Positions 1-9,216 of a stretch of DNA of 64,000 nt are shown here, piece by piece. Position 1 is the first letter of the stretch, and every line of letters starts with the position of its first letter. The DNA is from Verrucomicrobiota bacterium (GTDB taxonomy: Bacteria > Verrucomicrobiota > Verrucomicrobiia > Limisphaerales > UBA11320). The notes below the pieces were generated by a model. That model was not told the DNA's origin. It saw only the letters and a list, made by a program, of their open reading frames with translations, and did not search any database. The stretch spans positions 84,978 to 148,977 of the forward strand of contig JACQFQ010000020.1 of the NCBI GenBank assembly GCA_016199985.1. Reading direction: 5' to 3'. The position numbers and the translations under genes are program-made.

Positions 1-619
1 TGCCGATCTCCACCGTCTCCGGCGATCGCATCGCCCATTGTATCAAGGTCTCGATCTGCGCGGGAATCGTGGCGGAGAACAGCGCGGTCTGACGCTGACG
101 CGGACAGCGCTCCACAATCCTGCGCACGTCGGGGAGAAAGCCCATGTCGAGCATCCGGTCCGCCTCGTCGAGCACGAGATATCGGATATGGGAGAGATCC
201 AGGGCCTTCTGTTGGATGTGATCGAGCAACCGCCCAGGGGTCGCGACCAGAATTTCGACGCCCTCCTGCAAAGCCTCGCGCTGCTTCCCGTACCCCACGC
301 CGCCATAGAAAACGCCCGTCTTCAGGTTGGTGAACCGCGTGAAATCGTGAAGGGCGGTCTCCACCTGGGCCGCCAGCTCGCGGGTCGGCTCAAGGATCAG
401 CATCTGGTGGACCTTGCGCGGACAGGCCAGGAGCTTGGACAACATGGGCAGGGCGAACGCAGCGGTCTTTCCCGTGCCCGTCTGGGCGCTGCCGATGAGG
501 TCCTTGTCCTCCAACAGCAGAGGAATTGCCCTGAGCTGAATCGGGGTGGGCTCGACATAGCCCATCGCCTTCACGCCCTCCATAATTTCCGCAGCCAAAC
601 CAAAAGTCCCGAATGCCAT
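1..619 (-). CDS. DEAD-box ATP-dependent RNA helicase, N-terminal ~206 aa (rest lies beyond window start)
   Basis: My own minus-strand translation from the ATG at 619 gives MAFGTFGLAAEIMEGVKAMGYVEPTPIQ (Q motif), AQTGTGKT (motif I), PTRELA, VATPGRLLD, LVLDEADRMLDMGF (DEAD box) and FSAT. It is missing from the ORF track only because it is open at the window edge. The listed 38..679 + ORF is its antisense shadow. Confidence 0.9.
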   Translation of the reverse strand, partial: MAFGTFGLAAEIMEGVKAMGYVEPTPIQLRAIPLLLEDKDLIGSAQTGTGKTAAFALPMLSKLLACPRKVHQMLILEPTRELAAQVETALHDFTRFTNLKTGVFYGGVGYGKQREALQEGVEILVATPGRLLDHIQQKALDLSHIRYLVLDEADRMLDMGFLPDVRRIVERCPRQRQTALFSATIPAQIETLIQWAMRSPETVEIG

Positions 620-740
620 GGGCCCACGGTAGCGACTCACTGCCAGCAAGGGGAAGGAAAAGTTCGGCTTTGGCTTTGATCCTCCTTAAGAAGCCGGAGG
701 GGGCGTCCGATGGAACCGAGTGGCAACGTGTAGCCGCGCC

Positions 741-1391
741 ATGAAGTACCTGACTGACCTGTCCATTTCCTGGGTTGACCTGACCATGCTGGGAGCGTTG
801 GGCTTCGGCGTGTTCCAGGGCCGCAAACGAGGCATCTCGGGCGAACTGCTCGATGTCATCCGCTGGATAGCGACGATCCTGATAGCGGCCTTCGTCTATC
901 AACCGCTCTCCCGCTACTTCTGCTGGGTCATCCCCGGGCTCAACCCCCTGACCGCCAGCCTGAGCGTCTATGTCGGGACCATTCTGACGCTGGCCCTCGT
1001 CTTCGGGGCCCTGAAGCGCTCGTATGGCGAAAAGCTCCTCTCCAGCGACACCTTCGGCGCGGCGGAGTACTATCTGGGCATGATCGCCGGCGTCATCCGT
1101 ATGTCCTGCGTCCTCATCGCCGCGATGGCGCTCCTCAACGCCCCGGAATACACCCGCATGGAGGTCCAGGCGCGTGAGAAGGCGCAGGAGGACAACTTCG
1201 GGAGCATCCGCTTCTTCCGCCTCTATTCGCTCCAGGCCGACGTGTTCCAGGGCTCTTTCATCGGACGCGCGACGCACGAGTCCCTGGGCGTTCTGCTCAT
1301 CTCCCCGAACTCTGACAAGGACGCCGGATCGTCGAGGAGGTCCTCCTCCAAGACAAAGGGGAAGCGGCGCAACGAAATTCTTGATCCGTAA
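741..1391 (+). CDS. CvpA-family (colicin V production-like) integral membrane protein
   Basis: The ORF 720..1391 was trimmed to the first ATG (741, MKYLTDL). It has several hydrophobic helices. The N-terminal pattern DLTMLGALGFGVFQGRKRGISGELLDVIRWIATILIAAF is typical of CvpA. The C-terminal tail is basic. Confidence 0.6.
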   Translation: MKYLTDLSISWVDLTMLGALGFGVFQGRKRGISGELLDVIRWIATILIAAFVYQPLSRYFCWVIPGLNPLTASLSVYVGTILTLALVFGALKRSYGEKLLSSDTFGAAEYYLGMIAGVIRMSCVLIAAMALLNAPEYTRMEVQAREKAQEDNFGSIRFFRLYSLQADVFQGSFIGRATHESLGVLLISPNSDKDAGSSRRSSSKTKGKRRNEILDP

Positions 1392-1415
1392 TTGGGGCCG
1401 GAACAAAGTCGGCGA

Positions 1416-3218
1416 ATGGCCGGCTTCTTCGGAGCGCAGTTCATCGAGCAAGTTCGAGCCGCCAACGACATCGTCGAGGTGATTGGCGGTTACTTCCCGC
1501 TCAAGCGAGCCGGCGCCAGCTTCGTCGCCCTCTGCCCCTTCCACCGCGAGAAAAGCCCCAGCTTCCACGTCAGCCCTGGCCGTCAGGCGTTCCATTGCTT
1601 CGGCTGCCACAAGGGCGGCGACGTTTTCCGATTTCTCCAGGAGTACGAAAGCATCGCCTTCTCCGAGGCGGTGCAACGGCTCGCCCAGCGCGCGTCGATC
1701 CCGCTCCAATACGAGGACGGCAAGGGCCCCGACAAGTCTCAGCATCTCAAGGAGAGCCTCCGCGACATGCACGAGAACCTCGCGAGACGCTGGCAGACCG
1801 CCCTCGCCACCGACCCCCAGGCCCAGCTGGCCCGCGACTACCTCGCCCGGCGCGGGGTCTCCGAGGAGAGCGTCCAGCTGTTCCGGATTGGCTACGCGCC
1901 CGACGCCTGGGACGACACCGTGAACTGGTGCCGCGGCAAGAACTACGACCTCGCGCTCGCCGCCCAGGCCGGATTCATCGTCAAGAAGGAGGACTCCGAC
2001 CGACACTACGACCGGTTCCGCGGGCGATTGATGTTTCCCATCTGCGACGAGCAGGGACGCGTGATCGCGTTCAGCGGACGCGTGCTCCAGGGCGACGAGA
2101 AGACCGCCAAGTACGTCAACTCTCCCGAGACGCCCATTTTCACCAAGGGCAAGGTGTTCTATGGCCTGGACAAGACCAAGCGCGCGATCCTCGACGCGGG
2201 CTTCGCCATCATCTGCGAAGGACAGCTGGATCTCATCGCCTGCTTCCAGGCGGGAGTGCGGAACATGGTCGCGCCGCAAGGCACCGCGTTCACCGGCGAC
2301 CACGCCCGCACCTTGAAACGCTACGTCGAGGAGGTGGTGCTCTGCTTCGACTCCGACAACGCCGGGCAGAAGGCCGCCGTGCGGGTGTTCGACGGACTGC
2401 TGGAGGCGGGTCTCGCGATCCGCGTCGCCTGCGTGCCTCCGCCCCACGACCCGGACAGCTTCATCAAGGCCAATGGCGGCGAGGCCTTCAGCGCCCTCAT
2501 CCAGGCGGCCCCGGGGTTCTTCGATTTCTACCTCGACCGGCTTTGTTCCACAAACGATGTCGCCACCGACCGCGGACGCCTGGCGGTCCTGCGCGACATG
2601 GGCATCGCCGTCAACAAGTCGGGCAACTCCGTCACCCTCGACAAATATGTCCAGAAGACCGCCGTGCGTCTGGGCGTGAGCGCCGACTCGGTGCGCTCGG
2701 AGTTCCGCAAGCTGCGGTCCGCAAGCGCGCCGTCTTCCGGGAACGACTCCCTGGGCGCGCCACCACCGGAGGAGCCGCCAGAGGTGGTGGCCCGTCCCAG
2801 CCCCCAAGAGCTGTGGCTGCTGAAGGTGCTGCTGGTTTCCGAAGAGGGGCTTGAGCTCGCCGCGCGCCATCTGCGCCTCGACTGGGTTCAAAATGGACTC
2901 GTTCGGCATGTTCTGAAAGAGCGATTGACGCCAGGCCCCGATGGGATCCACCCGTCGGCCGCCTCGCTCATCAGCCGGCTGCCCGATGAGGAGTCGCAAA
3001 GGCTGGTCAGCGAAGGGGCGATGGAGGTGCGGGCGATCCGCAACCAGGAGCAGCTCGTTCGCGACCTCATCCTGAAAATGCGGAATCAGTCGGTGGATCG
3101 CCAGATGGAATCCCTGAGGCGGAAGCTCGACGATCCGTCATTGAGCGATGAGGAGCGCCTGAGCCTGCCTCACCAGATCGCGGAGCTTCGGATCCAGAAG
3201 ACTGCGCCCATCTCCTGA
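1416..3218 (+). CDS. dnaG: DNA primase
   Basis: CHC2 zinc ribbon CPFHREKSPSFHVSPGRQAFHCFGCHKGGDVFRFL. RNA polymerase core motifs YDRFRGRLMFPI, KYVNSPETPIF and LYGLD. TOPRIM EGQLDLI ... CFDSDNAGQKA. The start was moved from TTG 1392 to the in-frame ATG at 1416. Confidence 0.93.
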   Translation: MAGFFGAQFIEQVRAANDIVEVIGGYFPLKRAGASFVALCPFHREKSPSFHVSPGRQAFHCFGCHKGGDVFRFLQEYESIAFSEAVQRLAQRASIPLQYEDGKGPDKSQHLKESLRDMHENLARRWQTALATDPQAQLARDYLARRGVSEESVQLFRIGYAPDAWDDTVNWCRGKNYDLALAAQAGFIVKKEDSDRHYDRFRGRLMFPICDEQGRVIAFSGRVLQGDEKTAKYVNSPETPIFTKGKVFYGLDKTKRAILDAGFAIICEGQLDLIACFQAGVRNMVAPQGTAFTGDHARTLKRYVEEVVLCFDSDNAGQKAAVRVFDGLLEAGLAIRVACVPPPHDPDSFIKANGGEAFSALIQAAPGFFDFYLDRLCSTNDVATDRGRLAVLRDMGIAVNKSGNSVTLDKYVQKTAVRLGVSADSVRSEFRKLRSASAPSSGNDSLGAPPPEEPPEVVARPSPQELWLLKVLLVSEEGLELAARHLRLDWVQNGLVRHVLKERLTPGPDGIHPSAASLISRLPDEESQRLVSEGAMEVRAIRNQEQLVRDLILKMRNQSVDRQMESLRRKLDDPSLSDEERLSLPHQIAELRIQKTAPIS

Positions 3219-3285
3219 CGCCGCGCCTGAACTCCGCGCAGCCTGTGCTTGGCAAAGCGGGGGCATTCGCGCTACACGATCACGC

Positions 3286-4383
3286 ATGCAAACCACCCTT
3301 TCCCGTCGGGGCTTCGTACAGAAGACCGCAATGGCCACTCTGGCCGCGACGCAACTGCCCTCCCTGATCGCCGCGGAGACGCCCCTCTCCGTGGCGCTGG
3401 TGGGCGGGGCGCACATCCATACTCCGGGGTTCATCAACCTCCTCAAAGGCCGGAGCGACGTGAACGTCAAGTCCGTCTGGGATCACGACGCGAAGCGCGC
3501 CGCCGCGCGCGCCCAATCCCTCGGCGGCAAGACGCAGGTGGTTTCCGACGTGAACAAGATCTGGAGCGACGGCGAGATCAAGGGCGTTGTGATCTGCTCC
3601 GAGACCGACCGTCATCGCGAGCTCGTCCTCGCGGCGGCCGCGGCCCGCAAACATCTGTTCGTCGAGAAGCCGCTGGGCTTCACAGCGCGCGACAGCTGGA
3701 TGATGGCCGGGGCCATGGAGAAGGCGGAGCTTCTCTTCACCACCGGGTATTTCATGCGCACCGACCCCAAACATCTGTTCCTGAAAGACCAGATCGCGAA
3801 GGGGCTGTTCGGCAAGATCACGCGCGCCCGCGGCTCCAACTGCCACAACGGATCGCTGGGCGGATGGTTCGACACCGAATGGCGATGGATGGCGGATCCG
3901 AAGCAGGCGGGCGTCGGAGGATTTGGCGATCTCGGAACGCACAAGCTCGACATCCTGATGTGGCTGCTCGGCGACGTGGAGTCCGTCACGGGCAGCGTGA
4001 ACGTGATCACTGGCCGCTATGGCGCCTGCGATGAATCCGGCGAAGCCCTTCTGAAGTTCAAGAGCGGCGTCACCGCGACTCTCGCCGCGGGATGGGTGGA
4101 CATCGACGACCCCGTGCAGCTGCTGATCAGCGGCACGGAAGCCCACGCGTCGATCGTCGGAGACAAGCTGTATTACAAGAACGCGAAGGTGGCGGGCGCC
4201 GACGGCAAAACCCCGTTCACCGCCTTGCCGCCCGCGTCCCGACAACCCCTGCACCAGTGGCTCGACGCGATGGGAGGCAAGGGCAGCCAACCGCTGGTGA
4301 GCCCGAAAGAAGCGGCGGCGCGCGTCGCTGTCATGGAAGCCATCTACAAAGGCGCCAGGTCCAGGACCTGGGTGAAGGTTTAA
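3286..4383 (+). CDS. Exported Gfo/Idh/MocA-family oxidoreductase (Tat signal)
   Basis: N-terminal twin-arginine signal LSRRGFVQKTAMATLAA. Rossmann start VALVGGAHIH, then FVEKP and GDLGTHKLD, which are typical of the family. Confidence 0.8.
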   Translation: MQTTLSRRGFVQKTAMATLAATQLPSLIAAETPLSVALVGGAHIHTPGFINLLKGRSDVNVKSVWDHDAKRAAARAQSLGGKTQVVSDVNKIWSDGEIKGVVICSETDRHRELVLAAAAARKHLFVEKPLGFTARDSWMMAGAMEKAELLFTTGYFMRTDPKHLFLKDQIAKGLFGKITRARGSNCHNGSLGGWFDTEWRWMADPKQAGVGGFGDLGTHKLDILMWLLGDVESVTGSVNVITGRYGACDESGEALLKFKSGVTATLAAGWVDIDDPVQLLISGTEAHASIVGDKLYYKNAKVAGADGKTPFTALPPASRQPLHQWLDAMGGKGSQPLVSPKEAAARVAVMEAIYKGARSRTWVKV

Positions 4384-5390
4384 GGCCTTTGCCCCGCGGC
4401 CTTCAGCACGTCGGCGATTGCGACCGGTTTGCCGCCCTGACGTTTGCTTTCGTCGGCCGCTTCCATAAAAGCGAAGAGCTCGAGCGTCTCATCGAGCGAA
4501 ACCGGGCTCTTCCCTGATTTGAAAAACTGCACGATCTCGCGCACTAAGGGCGCGTAGTCGCCGCTTCCCTTTTGCTCCGCGACGCTCTTGGACCCGAACA
4601 CGATCACCTTGTGAGGCGTCGCGCCGGTTCGCAGTCCCAGGAGCGTTCCCGTTCGTCCCTCCGACCACATCCCCACCACGACATCGGTCGCGTCCGACGC
4701 GGTGCGCGACACACTTTGGCATCCCGGGCCCATCACAGTGAACAAGCCTTCGACGGGGTGCACGCCATACCAGAAGAGGTCGGGGTGATGCGGCTCCTTC
4801 TCGGCGGGCCCATAGCTCACGGCGCTCATCAGCTTTCCAACATCGGCCTTCTTGAGCTCCTGCATGCTTTCATAGAAGCGATAGGACGAGGAGCTGAAGC
4901 AGGGGACGCCGCTCTCCTTCGCCAGGCGAACGATTTCGACAGCGTCGCGCAGCGAGCCCGCGATGGGCTTGTCTATGAACACGGGCTTGCGGGCGCGGAA
5001 GATGGGCCGCGCTTGCTCCAGATGAGGACGTCCATCGACGCTCTCGAGCAGCACCGCGTCGACCTCGGAGCAGAGGCTCTCGATGCTGTCGACAATCTTC
5101 ACCTGATACCGATCCTGCAGCTCGCGGGTATAGCCCTCCACGCGCGACGCGCTGGACGGGATGTCCGGGCTGCCGCCCTTGAACGCGGCGACCACCCTGC
5201 CGCCAGGCACATGTTTGGCGTTTGCCGGGTTGTTCAGGAGCTCCGTGAACGCCGCGACGTGGGAAGTATCGAGACCGATGATGCCGATCTTGATATCGGC
5301 TGCTGACAGGGGAAGAGCCAGTGAGATCGCCATGGCGGCCAGGATAGGAAGCGCGCGGGAAGGATGCATACGCGAAAGATGCCGGAGCAT
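4380..5390 (-). CDS. Exported Gfo/Idh/MocA-family oxidoreductase (Sec-type signal)
   Basis: Signal peptide LPILAAMAISLALPLSAA, then IKIGIIGLDTSHVAAF, VLLESVDGRPH and VFIDKPIA. An alternative start lies at 5369 (MHPSRAL). Confidence 0.75.
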   Translation of the reverse strand: MLRHLSRMHPSRALPILAAMAISLALPLSAADIKIGIIGLDTSHVAAFTELLNNPANAKHVPGGRVVAAFKGGSPDIPSSASRVEGYTRELQDRYQVKIVDSIESLCSEVDAVLLESVDGRPHLEQARPIFRARKPVFIDKPIAGSLRDAVEIVRLAKESGVPCFSSSSYRFYESMQELKKADVGKLMSAVSYGPAEKEPHHPDLFWYGVHPVEGLFTVMGPGCQSVSRTASDATDVVVGMWSEGRTGTLLGLRTGATPHKVIVFGSKSVAEQKGSGDYAPLVREIVQFFKSGKSPVSLDETLELFAFMEAADESKRQGGKPVAIADVLKAAGQRP

Positions 5391-5726
5391 TCGGAAATGA
5401 AAAGCACTTCGTTCACCGCGCGACCGTCGCCGGGGCCGGTCCTGAGGGGATCATAGGCGATAGCCAGGGGTTGCGGAACGCCACCCCCCCGGAACGCATC
5501 CGGAAATCCACACGACCCTGGAAGGATCGTAAGCGTTACCCCATGCTGAGATCCGAAATGGAAGATCCGCCAGATCTGACCCTCGCCTCCCTCTGGGCGT
5601 AAGCTGCCAGATGGCCTTGTTGGGATGAGTCGGATGGTGGTATGCAGGACGGTTGTTAGGGTCTACTCTCCCTGCGGTCGCTCGCTTGGAACGACAGCAC
5701 CACAGGGTTGGGCAACCACAATCACT

Positions 5727-5888
5727 ATGAAACCGGCTAAGCAACTTCTGATTGGGATTGTTCTTGGGATCCTTCTTTGCGCTTGGGACAGCTCTGGAGT
5801 CACTCTTCCGATTCGCGCTCTGTTTAACACGGGGGTGGGGGACAAGGGACAATTGCTCGCGGATGGCGTCGCATTTCTTGACCCTTAA
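5727..5888 (+). pseudogene. 53-aa N-terminal fragment of a secreted protein (signal peptide + LFNTGV motif), probably a truncated gene
   Basis: MKPAKQLLIGIVLGILLCAWDSSGVTLPIRALFNTGVGDKGQLLADGVAFLDP*. It has an N-terminal signal or anchor. It then shows the LFNTGV(D)xxGxLL motif that, to my recollection, opens much larger surface proteins in PVC bacteria and cyanobacteria, and stops abruptly. It lies in the lower-GC flank just 5' of the R-M pair. Confidence 0.3.
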
Positions 5889-5981
5889 CGCTTCGTTCCT
5901 CAAAATCTGATTCCGAACACTCGAGCATATGCCACCTTTTGTTCGGCGGTGAAACGGAGCTGAGTTCGGTAGCTTCATAAC

Positions 5982-7466
5982 ATGAAGGCTGCGGCCATTG
6001 AAAACTCCAGAAGTCGGCGGGAGGAACTTGGACAGTTCCTCACCGCAACGCCTGTGGCTAACTTCATGGCGTCCCTGTTCGGGCCGCTGCCACAAACGGT
6101 ACGTCTGCTGGATGCAGGGGCTGGTGCTGGTTCGCTCACCGCAGCGTTCGTCTCCCGGTGTTGTGAAAAGCGGGACGGTGTTCGCGCCATCGAAGCGATC
6201 CTCTACGAAGTCGACAGTGAAATCTTGGATTCATTGGTCGCGACAATGCGCGACAGCGAACGGCTCTGCTCTGGTGCGGGCATTCGCTTCTCGTTCACCA
6301 TCCACCAGACAGACTTTATCCATGAAATGTCGCCACGTATCGCGGGTGATCTGTTCGACGCGCTTCCGCCCCAGTTCGATGCCGCCATTGCGAATCCGCC
6401 CTATCGCAAAATCAGCACCGACTCCGCCGTGCGGCGCGCCCTACGTTCCATCGGCGTTGAATCCACCAACCTCTACACCGGATTCATCGCCCTCATTCAG
6501 CGCCTGCTGGTTCCCGGCGGCCAACTCGTCGGCATCACGCCACGAAGCTTCTGCAACGGCCCTTACTTCCGCCCGTTCCGCGAAGATTTCCTGAGCCATA
6601 TGGAACTGCGCCGCCTTCACCTCTTCGAATCCAGAAAAGCTGCCTTCCGCGACGACAGCGTGTTGCAGGAGAACATCATTTTCCACGCCGTGAAGGGAAG
6701 GAACCAGCCCCGTGAACTGACCATATCCAGCAGCAGCGGCGAGCAGGGCGGCAACATCACCGAGACCGTCTTTCCCTTCGCCGACATCGTCCATCCGAAC
6801 GACGCCGAGAAGTTCATTCACATCCCCTCCACGGCGAGCCACGCCACGGCCAAGGAAACCATGGACGGCCTCAACTCCAGCCTTGCCTCGCTCGGCGTGA
6901 CCGTCTCCACCGGGCGCGTCGTGGACTTCCGCCTCAAGGATGCCCTGCGCAAGGTGCCCGAACACGGCACCGTGCCTCTGCTCTATCCCTGCCACTTCAA
7001 CGGCGGCGCCGTCCATTGGCCCAAGCTCGAAGCCCGCAAGCCCAACGCCATTCTCGACAGCGCCCAGACGCGCCCGTGGCTCGTGCCCTCCGGCGTGTAT
7101 CTGCTCACCAAACGCTTCACATCGAAGGAAGAGCGCCGCCGACTCGTCGCCTGCTTGTTCGACCCGGATGAAGTGAAAGCAGAGTGGGTTGGTTTTGAGA
7201 ACCACTTGAACTACTTCCACGCCAATGGGCATGGATTGGAGCGCACCCTGGCCGTCGGTCTCTACGCCTTCCTGAACTCCACCGTGGTGGATCAGTATTT
7301 TCGGCGCTTCAGCGGCCACACGCAAGTGAACGCCACCGACCTCCGCACCCTGGCCTATCCCGACCGCGACACGCTGCAAGCCATGGGCCGGGATATGAAA
7401 ACGCTCGATCTCTCGCAGGACGAAATCGACCAACTCGTCACCAAGCACCTTCATGCCCGCCGCTAA
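5982..7466 (+). CDS. N6-adenine DNA methyltransferase, gamma-class (M.PstI/M.BsuBI-like partner of the adjacent endonuclease)
   Basis: GQFLTATPVANFMASLF (TP..VA motif), LLDAGAGAGSL (motif I, AdoMet binding) and IANPPYRKI (motif IV, NPPY). The order I->IV indicates the gamma class. It overlaps the downstream endonuclease gene by 14 nt. Confidence 0.88.
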   Translation: MKAAAIENSRSRREELGQFLTATPVANFMASLFGPLPQTVRLLDAGAGAGSLTAAFVSRCCEKRDGVRAIEAILYEVDSEILDSLVATMRDSERLCSGAGIRFSFTIHQTDFIHEMSPRIAGDLFDALPPQFDAAIANPPYRKISTDSAVRRALRSIGVESTNLYTGFIALIQRLLVPGGQLVGITPRSFCNGPYFRPFREDFLSHMELRRLHLFESRKAAFRDDSVLQENIIFHAVKGRNQPRELTISSSSGEQGGNITETVFPFADIVHPNDAEKFIHIPSTASHATAKETMDGLNSSLASLGVTVSTGRVVDFRLKDALRKVPEHGTVPLLYPCHFNGGAVHWPKLEARKPNAILDSAQTRPWLVPSGVYLLTKRFTSKEERRRLVACLFDPDEVKAEWVGFENHLNYFHANGHGLERTLAVGLYAFLNSTVVDQYFRRFSGHTQVNATDLRTLAYPDRDTLQAMGRDMKTLDLSQDEIDQLVTKHLHARR

Positions 7467-8445
7467 ACCAAACCGAAAGGCCGCCGCCAGAAAACGGCGA
7501 CTTGTCGAAACCATCGCTGCTCTCACCGCTTTGGAGTTTGGTCCCAAGCAACGGAACGAAACTGCCGCCTACACGCTCCTCGCTCTGCTCGATCTCCAGC
7601 CCCATGCTAAATGGGCCGACGCCCAGGCGCCGCTCTGCGGCATCACCCCTGTCATTGATTTTATCACCACCGCCTACGGAGTACGCTACGCCCCAAACAC
7701 CCGCGAAACCATCCGCGACGACGCGGTGAAATTCTTTGTGGAGGAAGGCCTGGTACTGCGCAATCCAGACGACCCCAATCGCCCAACTAACAGCGGCAAC
7801 ACCGTGTACCAAATCGAGCCGACCGCCCTTGTGCTCCTCCGCAGCGTTGGAACGCCGGATTGGACACCCGCCTTGCGCCAATACCTCGCGAGCCGCGAAA
7901 ACCTCAAACACGAGATCACCCGGAAGCGTGCCCTGGCCCGCGTGCCTGTGACCCTGCCCGATGGCTCCCAAGTAGCGCTGTCACCCGGTGGTCAGAATCC
8001 GCTCATCAAGGCCATCATCGAACACTTCTGCCCCGCTTTCGCTCCCGGCGGCGTGGTGCTCTACATCGGCGACACCGAAAACAAATTCGTCCACTTGGAG
8101 ACCGCGGGCTTAGCCGCCCTCGGAGTCACCTTGGATTCCGCCGCCAAAATTCCCGATGTCATAGTCCACCACACCGCCAAGAACTGGCTCCTGCTCATCG
8201 AAGCAGTCACCAGCGTCGGTCCGGTGGATGGCAAGCGCCGCAAGGAACTCAAGGACCTCTTCGCCGGATGTAAAGCAGGCCTCGTGTTCGTCACCGCCTT
8301 CGAAAACCGCCGCACCATGCAGACCTTCATCTCGCACATCGCCTGGGAATCCGAAGTCTGGATCGCTGAAGCCCCCGACCACATGATTCATTTCAACGGA
8401 GAGCGGTTCCTCGGGCCATACCCAGATGTCATCGCGAAGTGCTGA
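7453..8445 (+). CDS. Type II restriction endonuclease, BsuBI/PstI family
   Basis: Strong resemblance along the full length to the family consensus as I remember it: QRNETAAYTLLALL, YAPNTRETIRDDAVKFF, RNPDDPNRPTNSGNTVYQIEP, VPVTLPDGSQVALSPGGQNPLIKAIIEHFCPAFAPGGVVLYIGDT, NWLLLIEAVTSVGPVDGKRRKEL and IAWESEVWIAEAPDHMIHFNGERFLGPY. Confidence 0.88.
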   Translation: MPAAKPNRKAAARKRRLVETIAALTALEFGPKQRNETAAYTLLALLDLQPHAKWADAQAPLCGITPVIDFITTAYGVRYAPNTRETIRDDAVKFFVEEGLVLRNPDDPNRPTNSGNTVYQIEPTALVLLRSVGTPDWTPALRQYLASRENLKHEITRKRALARVPVTLPDGSQVALSPGGQNPLIKAIIEHFCPAFAPGGVVLYIGDTENKFVHLETAGLAALGVTLDSAAKIPDVIVHHTAKNWLLLIEAVTSVGPVDGKRRKELKDLFAGCKAGLVFVTAFENRRTMQTFISHIAWESEVWIAEAPDHMIHFNGERFLGPYPDVIAKC

Positions 8446-9216
8446 CAGGACCCCCGACTGATGAGTCGCGGGCGGACGATCCGATACGCCTCTGGGAAGG
8501 GACGGTAAGTCAATCTCGAGTGGCACGAGTACTTGGCCTCTTTTCGCATTGGCCAGCGGTTGGAAAAGTTCTGAACCGTAATGCTGCAGCAATGCTGAGA
8601 GAATAGACCCGTGTGGCGACAGGTTAAGCGTTTTCGTTCCGGCCCCCGCCTTAGCCTAAGTTCCTTTCGAGGGGAGGCAAAAGCCCAATGGAGCCGAGGT
8701 TATCTGGATTTCGTCGGGCTACATGGGCGCCGGCTGGGCGGCGAGGCGAAGAGTGGTGCTAGGTCGAGCTTGCGCAACTGCGCGTTGAGATTCTTGGGGA
8801 TGTCGGTGATGACCATGACCTAAGCTCCCGGGTCCATCCTTGAACATCTTCTCAGAAGGCGGGCTCGGGTAGTCATCATGGAAACTGTGGACGTGCCTGT
8901 TCCACCGTCCAGTGATCGGGCTCAACGATGTTCTCTCTGCTGGGCCATTAACAGCTTGCTCAAGGAAGCACTCACCTGCCTGCGCTTTGAAGAGCCACGC
9001 CATGCTTTGTTTGGGCGCGAGTCACGCCCTGCCTTCACTTTCCCATCCGTGCTATCCGCCATCCGCGGTTTCATTCCCCGCCTGCCCCGCGCCCTCGCGC
9101 CCCTGCGTTCAATTCCTCTTTGCGGAGCGGGCTCACGATAACTGATCGGCGTCGACGCTCCTCACCCGCTCGGAAACGAGAGGCCTCACACCGCTGGGTG
9201 AGACGCGCGGCTACGG

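Noticed and set aside
390-2999. 869-aa minus-strand ORF spanning cvpA and dnaG
   Set aside because: It is antisense to two genes with unambiguous motifs. Its translation is Arg/Gly/Ala/Pro-rich and low-complexity with no recognisable motif. This is a typical shadow ORF of GC-rich DNA.
5391-5726. Possible structured ncRNA (tmRNA, RNase P, SRP, 6S, group II intron fragment) in the 5' flank of the island
   Set aside because: I found only short local hairpins (e.g. CCGGA-ACGCA-TCCGG). There was no match on either strand to the conserved cores of these RNAs as I remember them. It cannot be excluded without an Rfam scan.
5451-6095. 214-aa minus-strand ORF in the lower-GC flank of the R-M island
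   Set aside because: It has no recognisable motif, an odd composition (many Arg/Ser/Pro/Cys), and overlaps the well-supported methyltransferase start. It is more likely non-coding.
8719-9003. 94-aa minus-strand ORF and neighbouring frame fragments as a toxin-antitoxin pair (BrnA/RHH-like hints such as AWLFKAQAGE and ITDIPKNLNAQLRKL)
   Set aside because: The similarities are only a few residues long and spread over three frames. There is no intact ORF with a start or RBS context. It is kept only as a speculative decayed-gene note.
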